This document shows, piece after piece, positions 1 through 13,543 of a stretch of 64,000 nucleotides of DNA (position 1 is its first letter; each line of letters begins with the position of its first letter). The notes beneath the pieces were generated by a model that saw only the letters and a program-made list of their open reading frames with translations, was not told the origin of the DNA and did no database searches. The stretch is from Octopus bimaculoides (lineage: Eukaryota): assembly GCF_001194135.2 (NCBI RefSeq), contig NC_068992.1:5631743-5695742 (forward strand), in the 5' to 3' direction. Both the position numbers and the translations under genes were made by a program.

Positions 1-611
1 AACCGCCCTTTTGACTAAACGACGTAAAGAAATGAATTGTCGTCGACAAGGCTAACAAAACCCTCGCCACTTTGGAGCCATTGCATTTAGTTTTAAAAAT
101 TGATATCTGTTACAGACCTATAAATAGAAATCCAACATCAAAATTATAAATTTTAAATTGCTTGAGAAGTTTTCTTCAGATATTTTTGGTGTCAGACGTA
201 TAGTATCTGACATCATTATCTTTAAACGTTCTTTTCACCTCATCAAACTCTGCGCTATCTCTTTTATCGCTTTATAAATAACATTTTTGTTATCGACTTG
301 TTTCAAATTTCTTACATACTTCTTACTACCTCATTCGTTATACTTCGTTTGTTGTCCGTAACATTTTATCATGTTTCTATTATCGTATGATCGACATTTG
401 TCCTACAGTTTAAATTAATAAATAATTAAATAATAATTAAACAACTAGTTAATATATAATTGATTTTTTTAATAGATCTGAAATAGTGCGATATTCGAAA
501 ACTATTAAGACGAAGTGTATTGTAATTACGCGGCAGATGTTTATGGAGTTAATTGGAACATGAAGAAGGTGGTCGTTGTATAGTACAGGCAGTGCTGAAC
601 GCATGCGGGGC

Positions 612-710
612 GGTCAACTTTGATTAGTTACCGGTAGAGCGGGTGCGTGTAATCAATTAAACACTTCCCTAAAATTTAAGGCCTTGTGCCTACAGCACAA
701 ATGATATTCT
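612..710 (+). mobile_element. 3' fragment of tRNA-type SINE (octopus-like family)
   Basis: gtaatcaattaaacacttccctaaaatttaaggccttgtgcctacag aligns by eye to the 3' end of the SINE copy at 48669-48830 (gtaatcgactggcccctccctcaaaatttcaggccttgtgcctatag). Confidence 0.6.
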
Positions 711-1220
711 AGTAGTCTCTGCTTCCCAGAGTGATGTCAACACCTGCCAATAGTGGATAGGCCGTTCTGATGTAGTGGTTACTAACATGATACCCAAACT
801 ACCGCCCTACCGCGTCACTTCAGCTGCAGCAACCTGTATCGGGAATCGTTTATTCAAAGGTGCTTGCTACTTAGACATTACTTTGCTACCTGTAATAATT
901 TTTGTTGGAATTCGTCGACACGCTTTTGCAGAAGACAAAATTCAAACACATCGGTGTTCATGTGAATGACTTTGATTTACACACACAGTTTTATAAAAAA
1001 AAATTAGCTGAATAAAAAATAAACCAAGAAATCAAATCATTAATTCAGGAATCTATTTTGAAAACCAATGGACAATAACTGTAGATATTATCTTATTATC
1101 TTTTACGGCAATAAATTAACTTATAATGATTTTATATGTATCTTATAATATATATTATAACACTGCTCCTGATGATGTGAATGATGACAAAAATTACGAT
1201 GACTACGACTTTTTGCCCCT

Positions 1221-1227
1221 CTCTGAG

Positions 1228-1259
<32 letters not shown>

Positions 1260-1268
1260 ATATGTATG

Positions 1269-1306
<38 letters not shown>

Positions 1307-1400
1307 TGTGTGTGCGTGTGTGTGTCTCTGTCTGTGTGTATGCTAGCGTATGTATATATTTGTATATATGTATGTATGTTTGTATTATGAATGTATGTAT
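1221..1400. repeat. Compound microsatellite (CT)n-(TA)n-(GT)n
   Basis: Seen directly. Representative of many similar tracts, e.g. near 3.3, 4.9, 25.0, 27.5, 29.5-29.8, 33.3-33.6, 34.9-35.6, 36.8, 38.1 and 56.5 kb. Confidence 0.97.
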
Positions 1401-3324
1401 ATAGGTACTTATTGATTTCATTGTTATTGATGTAGCAGATGCTGTGTGTTGTTGAAGAAGGTAATACTTGTACGGTTAAAAGTTATTTCGTTACTGTCAT
1501 AGATTTCCATGCTAAATTTGTAGTTGCTTTTTTTTTTTTTACCGAACATTGCCTTCACCCATAGCCTTCATTGATTTAACAGCAGTCTAGTGAACAGCTT
1601 CGATGGAATTAACTCTGGAATGTGAACTGTGCGGAAAGTGAATGCTATTTTTGGCATACCGTATGAAGAGATATGGACAATATGAACGAGCACATTAAAT
1701 AATGTATTTGGAGTTCAAAAATATACAGTTTTTTCTTTTTTGTTGATATTACATATGAAATTGATATTGTTGGTATTTCGTTGAATAAATTTTGTGATTA
1801 TTACTAGTGATAGTTATAATTTTATCAAGTGCAGAAGTATTCCATTCTATTTTAACACACCCACATAACATACTTCAACAGTTACAGATTTTTCCACATT
1901 CATAAATACATTTTCTGTATTTGTTTTCCACCTAGTTATTTCAATCAACTAACCGATACGCCCACAATGTATGTTGAAGTAACACTCTACGAACAATGAA
2001 ATAACAAACTTGTTTACGATGGTGATTTAAGATGCAAATTATTGTCATGAAATTATTTAGTTGTAACGTTAGTACAGGAATAGATAAATTTAAAACAAAA
2101 TGCAAAGCATGATCAGACAACGACAGATAAATTTTTGAACGTTGAATTAACTCACAGTACAAGAAAGTTCAAATATCATTTGTTATGAAACAAAACAAAC
2201 GAAACAAATGAATACAGGAATGGGAATCAGAAAAAAAAGGAGATGGATGTCATAGTTTGATGATCAGATAAAAGGAAACGGAGATAATTTTCAGACTATG
2301 ATTCATTAGAAACTCAAAATAACTTTGACGGGTGATAGTTTTTCTTCAGTCTCCCGCATTTTTCCTCAACTTGAGTTTTCTGCATACGGTAATCTCATAA
2401 ATAATCTCCTTTAAATCAACATTAATTTCGTCAATAATTGATATTATCATACCTATATAGAACCATTGAAAATATATACCTACGTACAAACATACTATCA
2501 TGCATGAATTTATTGTCACACTAGTGATATAAAAGAATATTTGTTATCGAACATAAATGGCGAGGCATCGAACTACCATATTAATACCACACTTCAAAAC
2601 ATACTCTGCCTTTTATCATATAAAAGGAAATGGTGCAGACTCCAATGCTAGTGAAGAATATCCTTTACATGCATAAACATTGTTAATTGGAGACTTTTTT
2701 GTGCTTAATTCATTCCCAAGGCAAATTCAGTATCTTTGACGACTCTGTTTTAATTAATTCACAAGTACACGTATTTGGAGGAATATCCACCCTTTCACAC
2801 ATATTCAATATTAAAAATAAACACAATTCGCTCCGACACTTCCATAAAAATGTTACCCCCATATGAGTTCACTGTTTTCGAATAAGTTACTTTCTGGTAA
2901 CAATCAAATAAATAATTCAGCCATTACTACTAGAAAAAAGACCACAATCGTACACATGTTAACGTTTAAGGTTTTCAGTCGTCATGGATACGTCAGTTGC
3001 TATTAGATTTATTTTGTTTTTGTTTTTTGTTAATTATAGTTATAGTTTTCTCCTCAGCCTGTACTTATATAAACCGTAGTAGCGACCTTTATAACCATTA
3101 CAGCCACGTAGATTGAAATAATATGAAATGACGTGCTTTACTTAAGAGCAAGGCGTGCCGGCCGGTCTGAGAATATAATCCATGGTCTGAGGATCTTGAG
3201 TGCAATATACTAAACGCTGCACAACCATATCTACAATCTCAGTATCTAGCATCTTCGTATGTGGACCGCTAAATGTAGCAATTCAGCGTCTCTTTCTTCC
3301 CTCCACCTCTCTCACCCTCTGTCC

Positions 3325-3379
<55 letters not shown>

Positions 3380-4397
3380 CCTATCTCTCTCTGTCCTTCT
3401 TTCTCTCTCTCTGTCCTTGTCTCTCTCTCTATCACACACACACAGTATTTGCTTTTATCTGTGAGTGTGGTATCACTTGTGCTTTGCGATAGTTAACCCA
3501 TGTTATGTTCAGGTTTGTATGCTCCTTATTATTAGTTACTTATAATTAGATTGTCAATTAAGCACTGATCATTCGTGCCCCGAGTCCTTTTTCGGCACCC
3601 TTTCTGTTAATTGGGTATCTGTACAGTTCACCGACTAAAGTACCTGACATTAGCGTAAGGCATTTTATCGGCCAAAAATTGGATGCAACATTTCCCTTTC
3701 AGGATCCTCGGCACGTAACGATGTCTTATCCTCTATCATCCAGCTGGATACTGCGTCTTTCTGCAAGCACCCATCTAGCTGTTGTGCTTTCTTGACATGT
3801 AAATATTTTATCTTGAATGATCTATTCGATCCCGATATCAAAGAGAATTTAATCCATAAAATTGTCCTTATGTTGTATCCCACAAAACACGCAATATGTG
3901 ATGTTGCATGTTATAAAATTTAAGGCGGGATTTTAGATGGTTAAGATGCTAATATAGAGTCAGAATGAATTTTAACGCTGCTATTTCTGGTGTTCAAATA
4001 TTGCTTATCGACTTCTGTATCACTTGATGGAAGATTGATGGCGCTCGTGATAGTGATTGTAATCTATTTGTAATGATGATTGAGGTCAATTGTACTTGAA
4101 AATTCGACAACTATTTTATCATCAATTAATATATCAGTGACTTAGTCAAATGTGATGATAAGTAACACTTATTCGTATATAGATTAATGTAATATTGTAC
4201 ATTTAACATAAATGGATAACTTCAGTGTGTCATTAATGAATTAATGATAAAACAATTTACACTAATTGCTGTATATGAGTGTATACAGCATTACTGAAGA
4301 AGTTGTCATAGATTCCAATGTATCTAAAACTATTTACTAGCCAAATGAAACCTTCTTAACTAGTCTATTTATTTATCTCTTCCCTATACGTCTTCAG

Positions 4398-4478
4398 CAA
4401 TGGTGGCATCAGAACGCAGTCTAAGACTGATCCTTTAATCGAAGACATATTCCAGTCGATGGGCTTTCATTCTAACAA
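4398..4478 (+). CDS. Candidate internal exon (81 nt, phase 2/2), unknown protein: xNGGIRTQSKTDPLIEDIFQSMGFHSN(K)
   Basis: Long pyrimidine tract ending ttccctatacgtcttcAG, only one open frame, length a multiple of 3. The donor CAA|GTATCA is weak. Confidence 0.3.
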
Positions 4479-4860
4479 GTATCAGTTCAAGCAAACACAA
4501 CCTTGATTTTTTGGCTCGCTATTAGGTTGTCAAAAACGTTCTTCCAGTTTTTAACCTTTAAATTCAGATTCACATATCTCGGCTCAAACAAAACTTTATT
4601 AATCGAAATGAACACCATCAGAATCAACACACTTTTGGCAACAAATTAATTCATGCCAGTAGCTTAAAAACCTGTTATATTATAATTAATTTTATATCTT
4701 CCATGTTTCTTACATGGTGGTTTTACTATTTAAACGATCGTATGCATGGATGAAAATGTTATCAAACTTTTAACATCTTTTCCTCTTCATCTTTAATTGG
4801 TTGTTGACTTTACATAGGACTGTGTTCTATAAATGCTCATAATACACCTTATTAATACAC

Positions 4861-4899
<39 letters not shown>

Positions 4900-4987
4900 N
4901 NNNNNNNNNTCCCATATATTCTCTGTGCATTTTCAACTTCATTTATTTCTTCAGTATTACTACTTGTTTGGACTAGTAATGATCTTG

Positions 4988-5022
<35 letters not shown>

Positions 5023-5824
5023 TGTATATATATGTGTGCCTAAGTGTGCCGGACGGTGGTGCGGTTGTTTATAGCCCCCAGAAGACACCTCCTCCAGTGA
5101 TTTAATTTCCCAGTGGAATGAGCTTTTATCACTAGCTAGTGATTAACACACGGTCGAGAAGGTTAACCACCCAGAAATTCGAGTCTGTGTGTATCAGTAA
5201 GGCTAAAGATGGGAGCGTAGACTACCCCTCGCAGATAATAATCGGACACAGACTCTGTATCGCTAGCCAGCTGGAGGGGATGTCTACATGGGACTATAAA
5301 CACTTACACACACATGCATATGCTAAGAAAAACGGTGACTATGTTATTGTTATTTCCTTATATCTTTCTACATACAATTTTACCTACAGAATTCGCCAAT
5401 TTCAATCGTTTTCACACTCATACTATGTCAGTTATATATTGTTATGATAGTAGTTAAACTTTATCTAATTAAATGAATAAAAAGAGGAACAGAAAATATG
5501 AAGCGAGAACTGTAGCCAAATAATAAATGGCAATAATATAACACCTATGAGTATTAGGAAGATTATGAAGGTAGTGAGACACAAAGGAAAAAGTTACATT
5601 AAAGACAATATAGGAGATTAGTGTAAAGTTAAGTGTAACATGACATAGATATCAAATATTGTAATACAAGAGATGGAAGATAGGCGTGCAAAAAATTAAC
5701 AAAGAGAATCATTTGATACTTATAATGTTATTGACTGAAGATAACTATGATTGTTTTAGCGTTTCAAACATCTTGCATGTCTCTATATTGATAACGTTTT
5801 ACTTTAGTTTTCCTTCCTGTACAG

Positions 5825-5843
5825 GCGCGAGAATTATTTGAAG
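5825..5843 (+). CDS. Candidate 19-nt microexon (GCGCGAGAATTATTTGAAG; xRENYLK or ARELFEx)
   Basis: Strong acceptor ttttactttagttttccttcctgtacAG directly followed, 19 nt later, by donor AAG|GTACGT. Confidence 0.4.
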
Positions 5844-6463
5844 GTACGTAATTATAATCATATAACGTTTTCAAATAAATTAACAGTTTCATTTCACGTC
5901 ACTTATGACAGATAATATATTAGCACAAGAAACGAAAATACAATTTGCGGAATCCGATGGTTAAGAAATTGCCAACTTTTTAAATGTTCATTGGTTTTTT
6001 TTAAACAAAGTTCCGATGGAATTAAAACAATCTGGTGGAAATGTTTCACCTCTAACAAAAATGTTTAAATGTCTAGACACTGTATTCAATGTTGTTCAAA
6101 AACATTATCGGTGATATTCCTGGTAAGTCAATGATAGTCATTGCTTGCGTCAGTTCTCGGTGTAACAAAACTGTAGTGTTGGAGGAAATTCCATACAAGA
6201 CATATGAACTGAGTGCAGGTTAATTCGTATGTGCTAACAGACAGGAAAACCGTTCGAACTGTATCAGATGGTGACATAACAAGCTAAACGATTTCATGAG
6301 CATAGCGTTTTTTACCTTTTTCTGAGTATCCATCCTCATTAAATCTAAGACACTAAAGAAATATGTGAGGTGGCATGATAAGAACTTCGTTGAAAGAAAT
6401 CGTTGTCGCTAGAGATTCTTTTTTTTTTTGTTGTCCTTTCTATATATATATATATATATATAT

Positions 6464-7020
6464 TAATCCGTTTTCCGAATCTTCGATCCTGGTTTTACTT
6501 GTAAACAATCAGTGCGTTGGATTTCGTCTGTGTCATGCCTGAATTATTCTGAATATCATATCGCACACTTCTGACAGTCTCTGAAAAGTTATTTCTTAGT
6601 TCATTTCCAGATTAGCGAGAATTTTCGTTCTAAACACTACAACCCTTTAGCAGTAAGTCTCTGAACGAAAATCAGGCACTTGAACGAAGCTGGAGTTAGT
6701 TTATCCAGTTTAAATCTCACGCACTCTCTTTTCGCTCTACCCGCAAATGTGGTAAAGTTACCGTCATCGCTCTTCTCAATGTTCAAACACTCCCAACATG
6801 TGTCGAACGACGATGATGTTTCTCTAAAGACCTTACCTACAATACCAATTGTGTCCGTGAGATTTATATCAGAAGCTTTTTTTAGGCAATATAAAGTTAC
6901 AGTATTTTTTCAGGCCCCTTCGTCAGCAGTTTCCTCCGAATTGGACGCGTTGGATTCAAAATTGGATTCAAGGGTTTGCAGCATTTCCAGGATTCCAGGA
7001 TTTGGTTTATTAACGAGTTG
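6464..7020 (-). mobile_element. Decayed Ty3/Gypsy LTR-retrotransposon gag-region fragment (DUF7083-like)
   Basis: Minus-strand translation ...SDINLTDTIGIVGKVFRETSSSFDTCWECLNIEKSDDGNFTTFAGRAKRECVRFKLDKLTPASFKCLIFVQRLTAK, then after frameshifts RTKILANLEMN*EITFQRLSEVCD and FRHDTDEIQ. This matches the invertebrate Gypsy gag pattern SLFNTRWxCLN...FTTFAxxVNRECERFKLxxLTxDxFKCLIFVQGL. Contains stops and frameshifts. Confidence 0.85.
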
Positions 7021-7303
7021 ATTTCTTTATTTCACAAGAAAACAAATACCTATAATAGTGATACTTCAAAAAAAAAAAAGAAAATCAAAAAATAAATCTT
7101 GCAAATTTTCCGATAAGCGAGTGGCCATATTATTTATATCCTACAACGAACTACAGTACGTTTGATTCACCTGAAAAACGCTGAAAACACTTCACAAATT
7201 CTATAAGTATCTCATTTTCTTCACTTTTCTACACTTCTTTTCTTCTTTTCTTCACTTTCTTTTTCGTAATCGTGATTATTATTTGAAGAATCATTTATTT
7301 TGG

Positions 7304-7450
7304 CATATGCAAATTTTACTCATGTGCAAATTTTACTCATGTGCAAATTTTACTCATATGCAAATTTTACTCATGTGCAAATTTTACTCATGTGCAAATT
7401 TTACTCATGTGCAAATTTTACTCATGTGCAAATTTTACTCATGTGCAAAT
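7304..7450. repeat. 17-bp minisatellite (GCAAATTTTACTCATGT), 8 full units plus partials
   Basis: Counted directly: units start at 7309 with period 17. One internal unit ends ATAT instead of ATGT. Confidence 0.98.
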
Positions 7451-7698
7451 TGAACGTAGAACTTCCCCAAAAAATCCTTCGATTTTCTTTGTCAACTCTT
7501 ATTTTTAGTATTTCAATGTAAAAATATTGAAATAGAAAGTGCTTTTTTTCTTGAACGCATGATTCTTCTGTGAAAAATGTTCATTTTATGTTATTTGTTC
7601 TTAATTTTAAATCCAAACAACTTAAAATAACTTTCAAATTCCTTTGCCAACGTTTTCGTGCAGGGTATACATCGATGATCGGATAATCTTTTGTTTTT

Positions 7699-7700
<2 letters not shown>

Positions 7701-7768
<68 letters not shown>
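7701..7768. repeat. (ATT)n microsatellite
   Basis: Seen directly. Confidence 0.98.
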
Positions 7769-8997
7769 GTTAGGAACATCGCATTTCAGAATAGTTAGTT
7801 TTGTAGAAGTTGAGTGATGCACTAGATAACCTCCCCCCCCGCCTCCAATAATCAGTGACTATTTAGTGCAGTATCTGAGGGAAATATTTGACTTGGGGAC
7901 GATTATCTCATACTAATTCCTGATCAAGCAGTGCTGAGAGACCATTCTTGAGAAAATATTATCTGATTTTGAAGTCTCATATAACAATATTCAGGCGGAG
8001 TTGCAGTTGATATCTATACAAAAAAATTACCCAACAGTATGTTCGTTCTCGACTACAGATGAGCTTCACGTGATTAATGTTGCTGAGATGACGATCGTGG
8101 TTGGATCGTTTTTCTCTGCAAATTTTCAAATCTTGTACACAAATTATTGCAATTCCTGATGGCGATTCTGATAGCTGTCTTGTGGCGGAGGTGTTGATGA
8201 TGGTGATGGTGGTGGTACTGGGCTGGCAGTTTGAAAAACATTTGCTTTGAATCATATAGATATTTATTCGTCTATATTTTTAATGTAAATGATTTTATAC
8301 GTTTATTATGTATATGCAATGATTGTTTCAAGCGAAATTAACTATGTATAGCAAGTCATGAGAGAAAATAGAGGTTCCTTTAGCACAATCTCCTATCAAC
8401 GTTGGTTATGCGTTTGACGCTGTTAAAAGAGTTTTTGATATGAACTTTGTAGTAAATATGTCTTTTAATATTTTTTACTCAGATTTTTCCAGTTAAGAGT
8501 ATTTTCGTATAATTACAATAAATTCAATTACAAGAGAATTTCCTTGCTCTAATAGACGGACATCCATACTCACAAAATGTGGAATGCAAAATTAAATATT
8601 TTCCATTTATCACTGTAGTTTTATTATTTAAATATCGAGGTAGCAGAACTGTGGCTGTCAGAAAAGAATGCGTTGCTTGTTATCAATACTTATATTGAGA
8701 TTTCAGTTTTGCATTTTATATTTTCCTAATTGATAATACACTGGACAAATCCCCATCAGGCTTTGTTTGTATATGATAACTTCTCTTCTCTCTATGGTTA
8801 CGCTCGCACCTGAATCAGAAACCATTATTTAAATACTAAAATAAATAAAGTGAAATAGTAAATAAATGTATTCTAATTGAGAAAAATGATAAAAGCTTGA
8901 CACGTAGGTTAGCATTTTTGCAGCTAAAATTGATTAGGAATCCACAAAGACAAATGAGAGAAGAAAAATTATGAAAGATATAAAGAAATAACAGGTA

Positions 8998-9032
<35 letters not shown>

Positions 9033-12000
9033 TTCCTATTTCTCCTTCTCTCTCTTCCTCTCTCTTCCTCTCTCTTCCTCCCTCTCTCTCTCCCTCTCTC
9101 TCTCTCTGACTACTGGTATCTTCTTTAAATTTGGAACGTATTGTTACATAACTTAGCAATACAAATTTTTCTTTTTGTGTTTCATCCTTATATCATCAAT
9201 ATTCCGGAATTTCTTTAACTGTAATGAATGCAGCACAAAAGCTATTTACATTTATGTTTCACTGTTATTAGAATCGCAGAATATAAGGTTGCTCTATTAA
9301 CACGAATGAATAATTCAAAATGTTCTACAAAATGGTCTACATGAAAATCCGACAGATTTAATAATGCATATGTACGCGAATATCCTTAGCATATTTAAAC
9401 GAAAACACTTAGACAACAGAATTCGTGACATACCTTATCAAAGTAAGTGGTAACCGTTGTTTTGCTTAAACAACGATTCTATCTTGAATTTTGGTATTGA
9501 ATGTATACCTCATTGAAATCAATTTAATTTAGAGACATTAATTTCACTGCTTTTACTAACCGATAGATGACTTTTTAGATCTCGCACTTCATTCGTGTAT
9601 TGCAGCGGTTAAGGCTATACAGCACTGGTATCGTATCATGTTTTGCCATCTCTACATTTTAAAGATTACAGCAAATCGCTTGCTATGACGTATCAATATT
9701 CTCGCAATGAAACATTTATCTAGAATCATATTTTCATACGAAATGCATATTTTCCATCTATCAATCCCTCTCCTTTCTACACTACATCATTAATCCCTGA
9801 GATAGTGCATCTGTCATACATGGTTCCGTGATTCTCGTAGCGTAGATTTTAATGGATAATATACAGAGAACTTTTTTTTTTTAAATCCTTGATATTCCTG
9901 ATGCTATTCCTTATTCACCACTTATGGAATGGGCATACTATAAACGCACTCTACTTGTGACTATACATTGGCGGATGGAATCTGTCGTTACTCAATGGAT
10001 ATTTAAAGTTTTCCACAGAGAGTGTGATTTTAAATGTTGTTCGTAGCTATTCGTTGTACAATATTATAAAAGATCAGCAGGGAGTTGATTGCATTCTTCA
10101 GTGCTATGCTGTTGTTACCGTTATCGACAATGCCACGTTTGTAGTGTTAAGCCTAAAACTAATATGACAATATAATTTTTTGGGGTGTCACGTACATATA
10201 TTTAGACAAATATTATACGCAAACATACGTACACAAATATATTTTTATTAGTTTCTGTGTATAGTTGTGAATAAAAAAGTTTTCGCACACATATTAATGA
10301 GCGATTACGAATATGAATGTATTAATGTTTCCAAATGATATTCTCAAATGCCTTGAAATTAATGATGATGAAACTGAGTTGGAGGAATCTCGTTGGGATG
10401 ATTTTAATATTCATGATGTTCCTGATGTTCTTTGTATTAATTTTTGATAATGAAAATTTCAGTTATTTGTAGGCATGATATTATCAAAAGTATGCAAATC
10501 ATTTCAAAAGGTAATGCAGTGTGAGCATGTTGATATTTTGCTGCTGGTTCTGCCAGATAAAGGGGACACGTAGAGGCTGCTCATCTTGTTAGAGTGATTT
10601 AATTATAGATCAATCTCAGCTTATCATTGAAATGAAAAATATTGGATAATAAGTAATTATAAATATGGAGAGATTAATTTTGAGGTGCACTAGTAACTAG
10701 AAAACAATGGCGTTAAAATATGAATGTTGATGCCCGGAAGAGGGAGATAAAATATAATTTGTTTATGAGAGGAAAAAAAAAGACCAAACTCTTTATAATA
10801 CAATATTCTCGTAATGAAATTTTCAGCTTTACTATAGTAATATGTGGTTCGAAAGGGATTTGATTATTATTTGTATCAACTTGTGATATTAGATAAAGTA
10901 TCAGTCAGTGGTTTGGTTTCTTAGTCTTGATAAATATGAAGGCGTTTTATTTGGCGTTGGTAAATATTTTGACATTAGCAGATATGATTAAAAAGACGAT
11001 TGTGAAGGCATTACTAGTAATAGCAAGACATGAATCAGTGGCTATTACTATTGCACAAACTTCCCATGCCCTACTTTCTCTCATAACTTACTTTCGATAT
11101 AGTTAAACGCTCTTTTTTTTATTATAGCAAAGCATCAGTAGATAAGCAAGCCTCAAACGCGAGATCTTTATTATATTTTCGTCACTAATTTCTCTTTTAC
11201 TGTATCTCATCCGACCATCAGAGAAACCAGCAACAAAGTTTGTAGTTATAATATGTTTAACAATTATAAATTAGTATCATATGTCACACAGATGTAACAA
11301 GAAAACTATATAAATAATATTTAATTAATTACGCATTCTTCAAATTATTGAAGACAGGAATGAAAAAATAACAACAAAGAAAATAAAAGAAACACATACA
11401 ACGTCCTCACAAATTCTTCTAATTCAGATATATGCAATGTTTCTAAGATTAATGTGAAACACAAAGAAATATACATTTTTAAATAGATAAGAAAAACGAT
11501 TCAACAATGTCACACATCATTTTTGATGACAGTAATATATATTTGGCTGACAATAGCAATTCTTCAGTATACAACTTATAAAGTCTAATTCTATTTTCTT
11601 CATTCAGTTCGGATTTGTATTCTTCTGCTGTTAACACTCTTCAGTTAACGATAGTGCATCCCGTATACTTCAAAGAAAATGACACAGTAACAATCGTACG
11701 GAAGACTATCATAGACTATAACCGTTGAAACATCGGCGAATGCGATGTTTCTTCTAGTGTATACTGAATGTAATTCTCAAGCTCAGTTACCAACAATTAT
11801 TTTCTCACTTTATATTTATATTCTGATACATTTCAATAGACAGACAACGACATGATTTCCATCTGCTCAATGTTTCTAATACATACACGAGTAACACGAC
11901 CATACGATGCAAGACATTTACTAAAGTTTCTGTCCAAATCCTATCACATCGCTATATTCTTTATGTAATCGAAACTATTGAAATATTGCATAGATCTTTT

Positions 12001-12743
12001 GTTGAGAGTATATTTTTGACTGCTGTGGTTCGATTGCAAATCAGTAGTAATCCAGTTGACATAAAAGACAGCAATATTGAGAGCGCGCGGATTTTTAAAA
12101 AAACATTTCTGTGACCAGTATTAGATTATGCAATGCATCTTTCATATTAGAAGGTGCTAGTGTGTGAGATAGAGATATAACGGTTATGCCAAGATATTAA
12201 AGCTATCAGACGAGATTTATTATCGTTTCCTCGTACATCAGATGATAATATTACTGTCCACACATTGAATGGTTCCTTTTATACACAGGTTTCTTGTTCT
12301 CCAAGTTAATGCATGGCATTTAAAAAAAATATTCACAAGCACCTAAAGAACTCGCTTTCAATAATGAAAATGAAGAAATAAAAATTGTTTGCTGTGACAT
12401 TTTATTGTCATTTGTCTTGTTTAATATTCATTTTAAGTAGCAGTTTGAAGAATTATGAAATACTTCAACATCAACATAAATATCGAATATTCCCAGTGTT
12501 GATGAGACAGTGTCGAGTCTATCCTTATTGTCCCTTTCTGAATGCTTTTTTTGTCACAACTGTGCCACATATGTATGCCTATGTCGAAAAGCAATCAACT
12601 GTCCGCCATTCTCTTATTTATTATTCTTTCAAGTATTTTGTTTCTGTTTTTCTTTGTAAGACTTAGCCTTTGACTGTCTTTTGAGTTGTATGGGGGAATG
12701 TGTGACTTATGTTACATTCCGCTGATATCATTAATAAATCCAG

Positions 12744-12843
12744 CAACTTCGCTTTAAGTGTTATTTGTCTAATATTGCTAGCGGCAACAGATTTGTTATT
12801 TCTGTCACTGGAGTCAATAAGGTTGAAGTCTTTCGTAGACTTG
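12744..12843 (+). CDS. Candidate exon, unknown protein: QLRFKCYLSNIASGNRFVISVTGVNKVEVFRRL(D); 5' boundary uncertain (alternative acceptor at 12781)
   Basis: Consensus donor TTG|GTAAGTAT. Open frame back to an in-frame TAA at 12735-12737. The phase-1 end joins in frame to 13434-13543. Confidence 0.45.
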
Positions 12844-13166
12844 GTAAGTATTGCAATGTTCGATTGGTGTTATGGCGATGGCTTTAGAGGTCTTGTTAAT
12901 TTCAACAGCGTTGTCATTGTTATAAATAAACATGTCATCTCCGATTGTGTTGATAATTGCAGAGGTGTTGTCATTGGTGACAATATCGAGGATGGAAGGT
13001 GTTAAACAGTGAAAGTGATGTCCTCGTCTACTGACACCTATTCATTTATGTTAGCTTCAATTCATACTCATCTATACATTGCTATATTGATTAAAAGTGA
13101 GTAAAATCCCGTGTTCCTCTTTAAATACCTTCCCTCCACACACACACGTACACGTAAAGCACGAAT

Positions 13167-13219
<53 letters not shown>

Positions 13220-13228
13220 ATAGATAGA
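13167..13228. repeat. (GATA)n microsatellite
   Basis: Seen directly. Confidence 0.97.
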
Positions 13229-13433
13229 CAGACATATACGTCTGTGTGTGTTTGGCCGTGAATATGCTCACGTTCGCGCATGACTTGATGTATTGATACT
13301 GTAGCTATATATATATATTTAACGGCATTTATATTTGATCACATATTACTAAAATTAAATTATGTAATCAGAAATGACATAATAAATTGCTTCCATATTG
13401 CAAATATCTAAGTAAGAATCAATGTTCGTTTAG

Positions 13434-13543
13434 ATGCATTACGTTTCAGACTTCGGATTGCAATCAATGAGGAAGGAAATATTACTGTTTTGGATATGGA
13501 AGATGGATATAATACTGATGCAGCAGTCAGATGGATATTTAAG
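13434..13543 (+). CDS. Candidate exon (110 nt, phase 1/0), unknown protein: (D)ALRFRLRIAINEEGNITVLDMEDGYNTDAAVRWIFK
   Basis: Acceptor aatgttcgtttAG, donor AAG|GTGCGT, open frame with protein-like composition, phase-compatible with 12744-12843. Confidence 0.55.

Noticed and set aside
6906-6927. CTGACGA-AGG-GG-CCT-GAAA on the minus strand
   Set aside because: The stem II loop of 2 nt is too small, there is no stem I/III, and it lies in Gypsy coding sequence; chance match.
6680-7021. 113-aa plus-strand ORF
   Set aside because: It is the antisense mirror frame of the Gypsy gag relic.
7304-7450. CRISPR-like interpretation of the 17-bp and 21-bp arrays
   Set aside because: The units are head-to-tail with no unique spacers, in a eukaryotic context with no cas genes.
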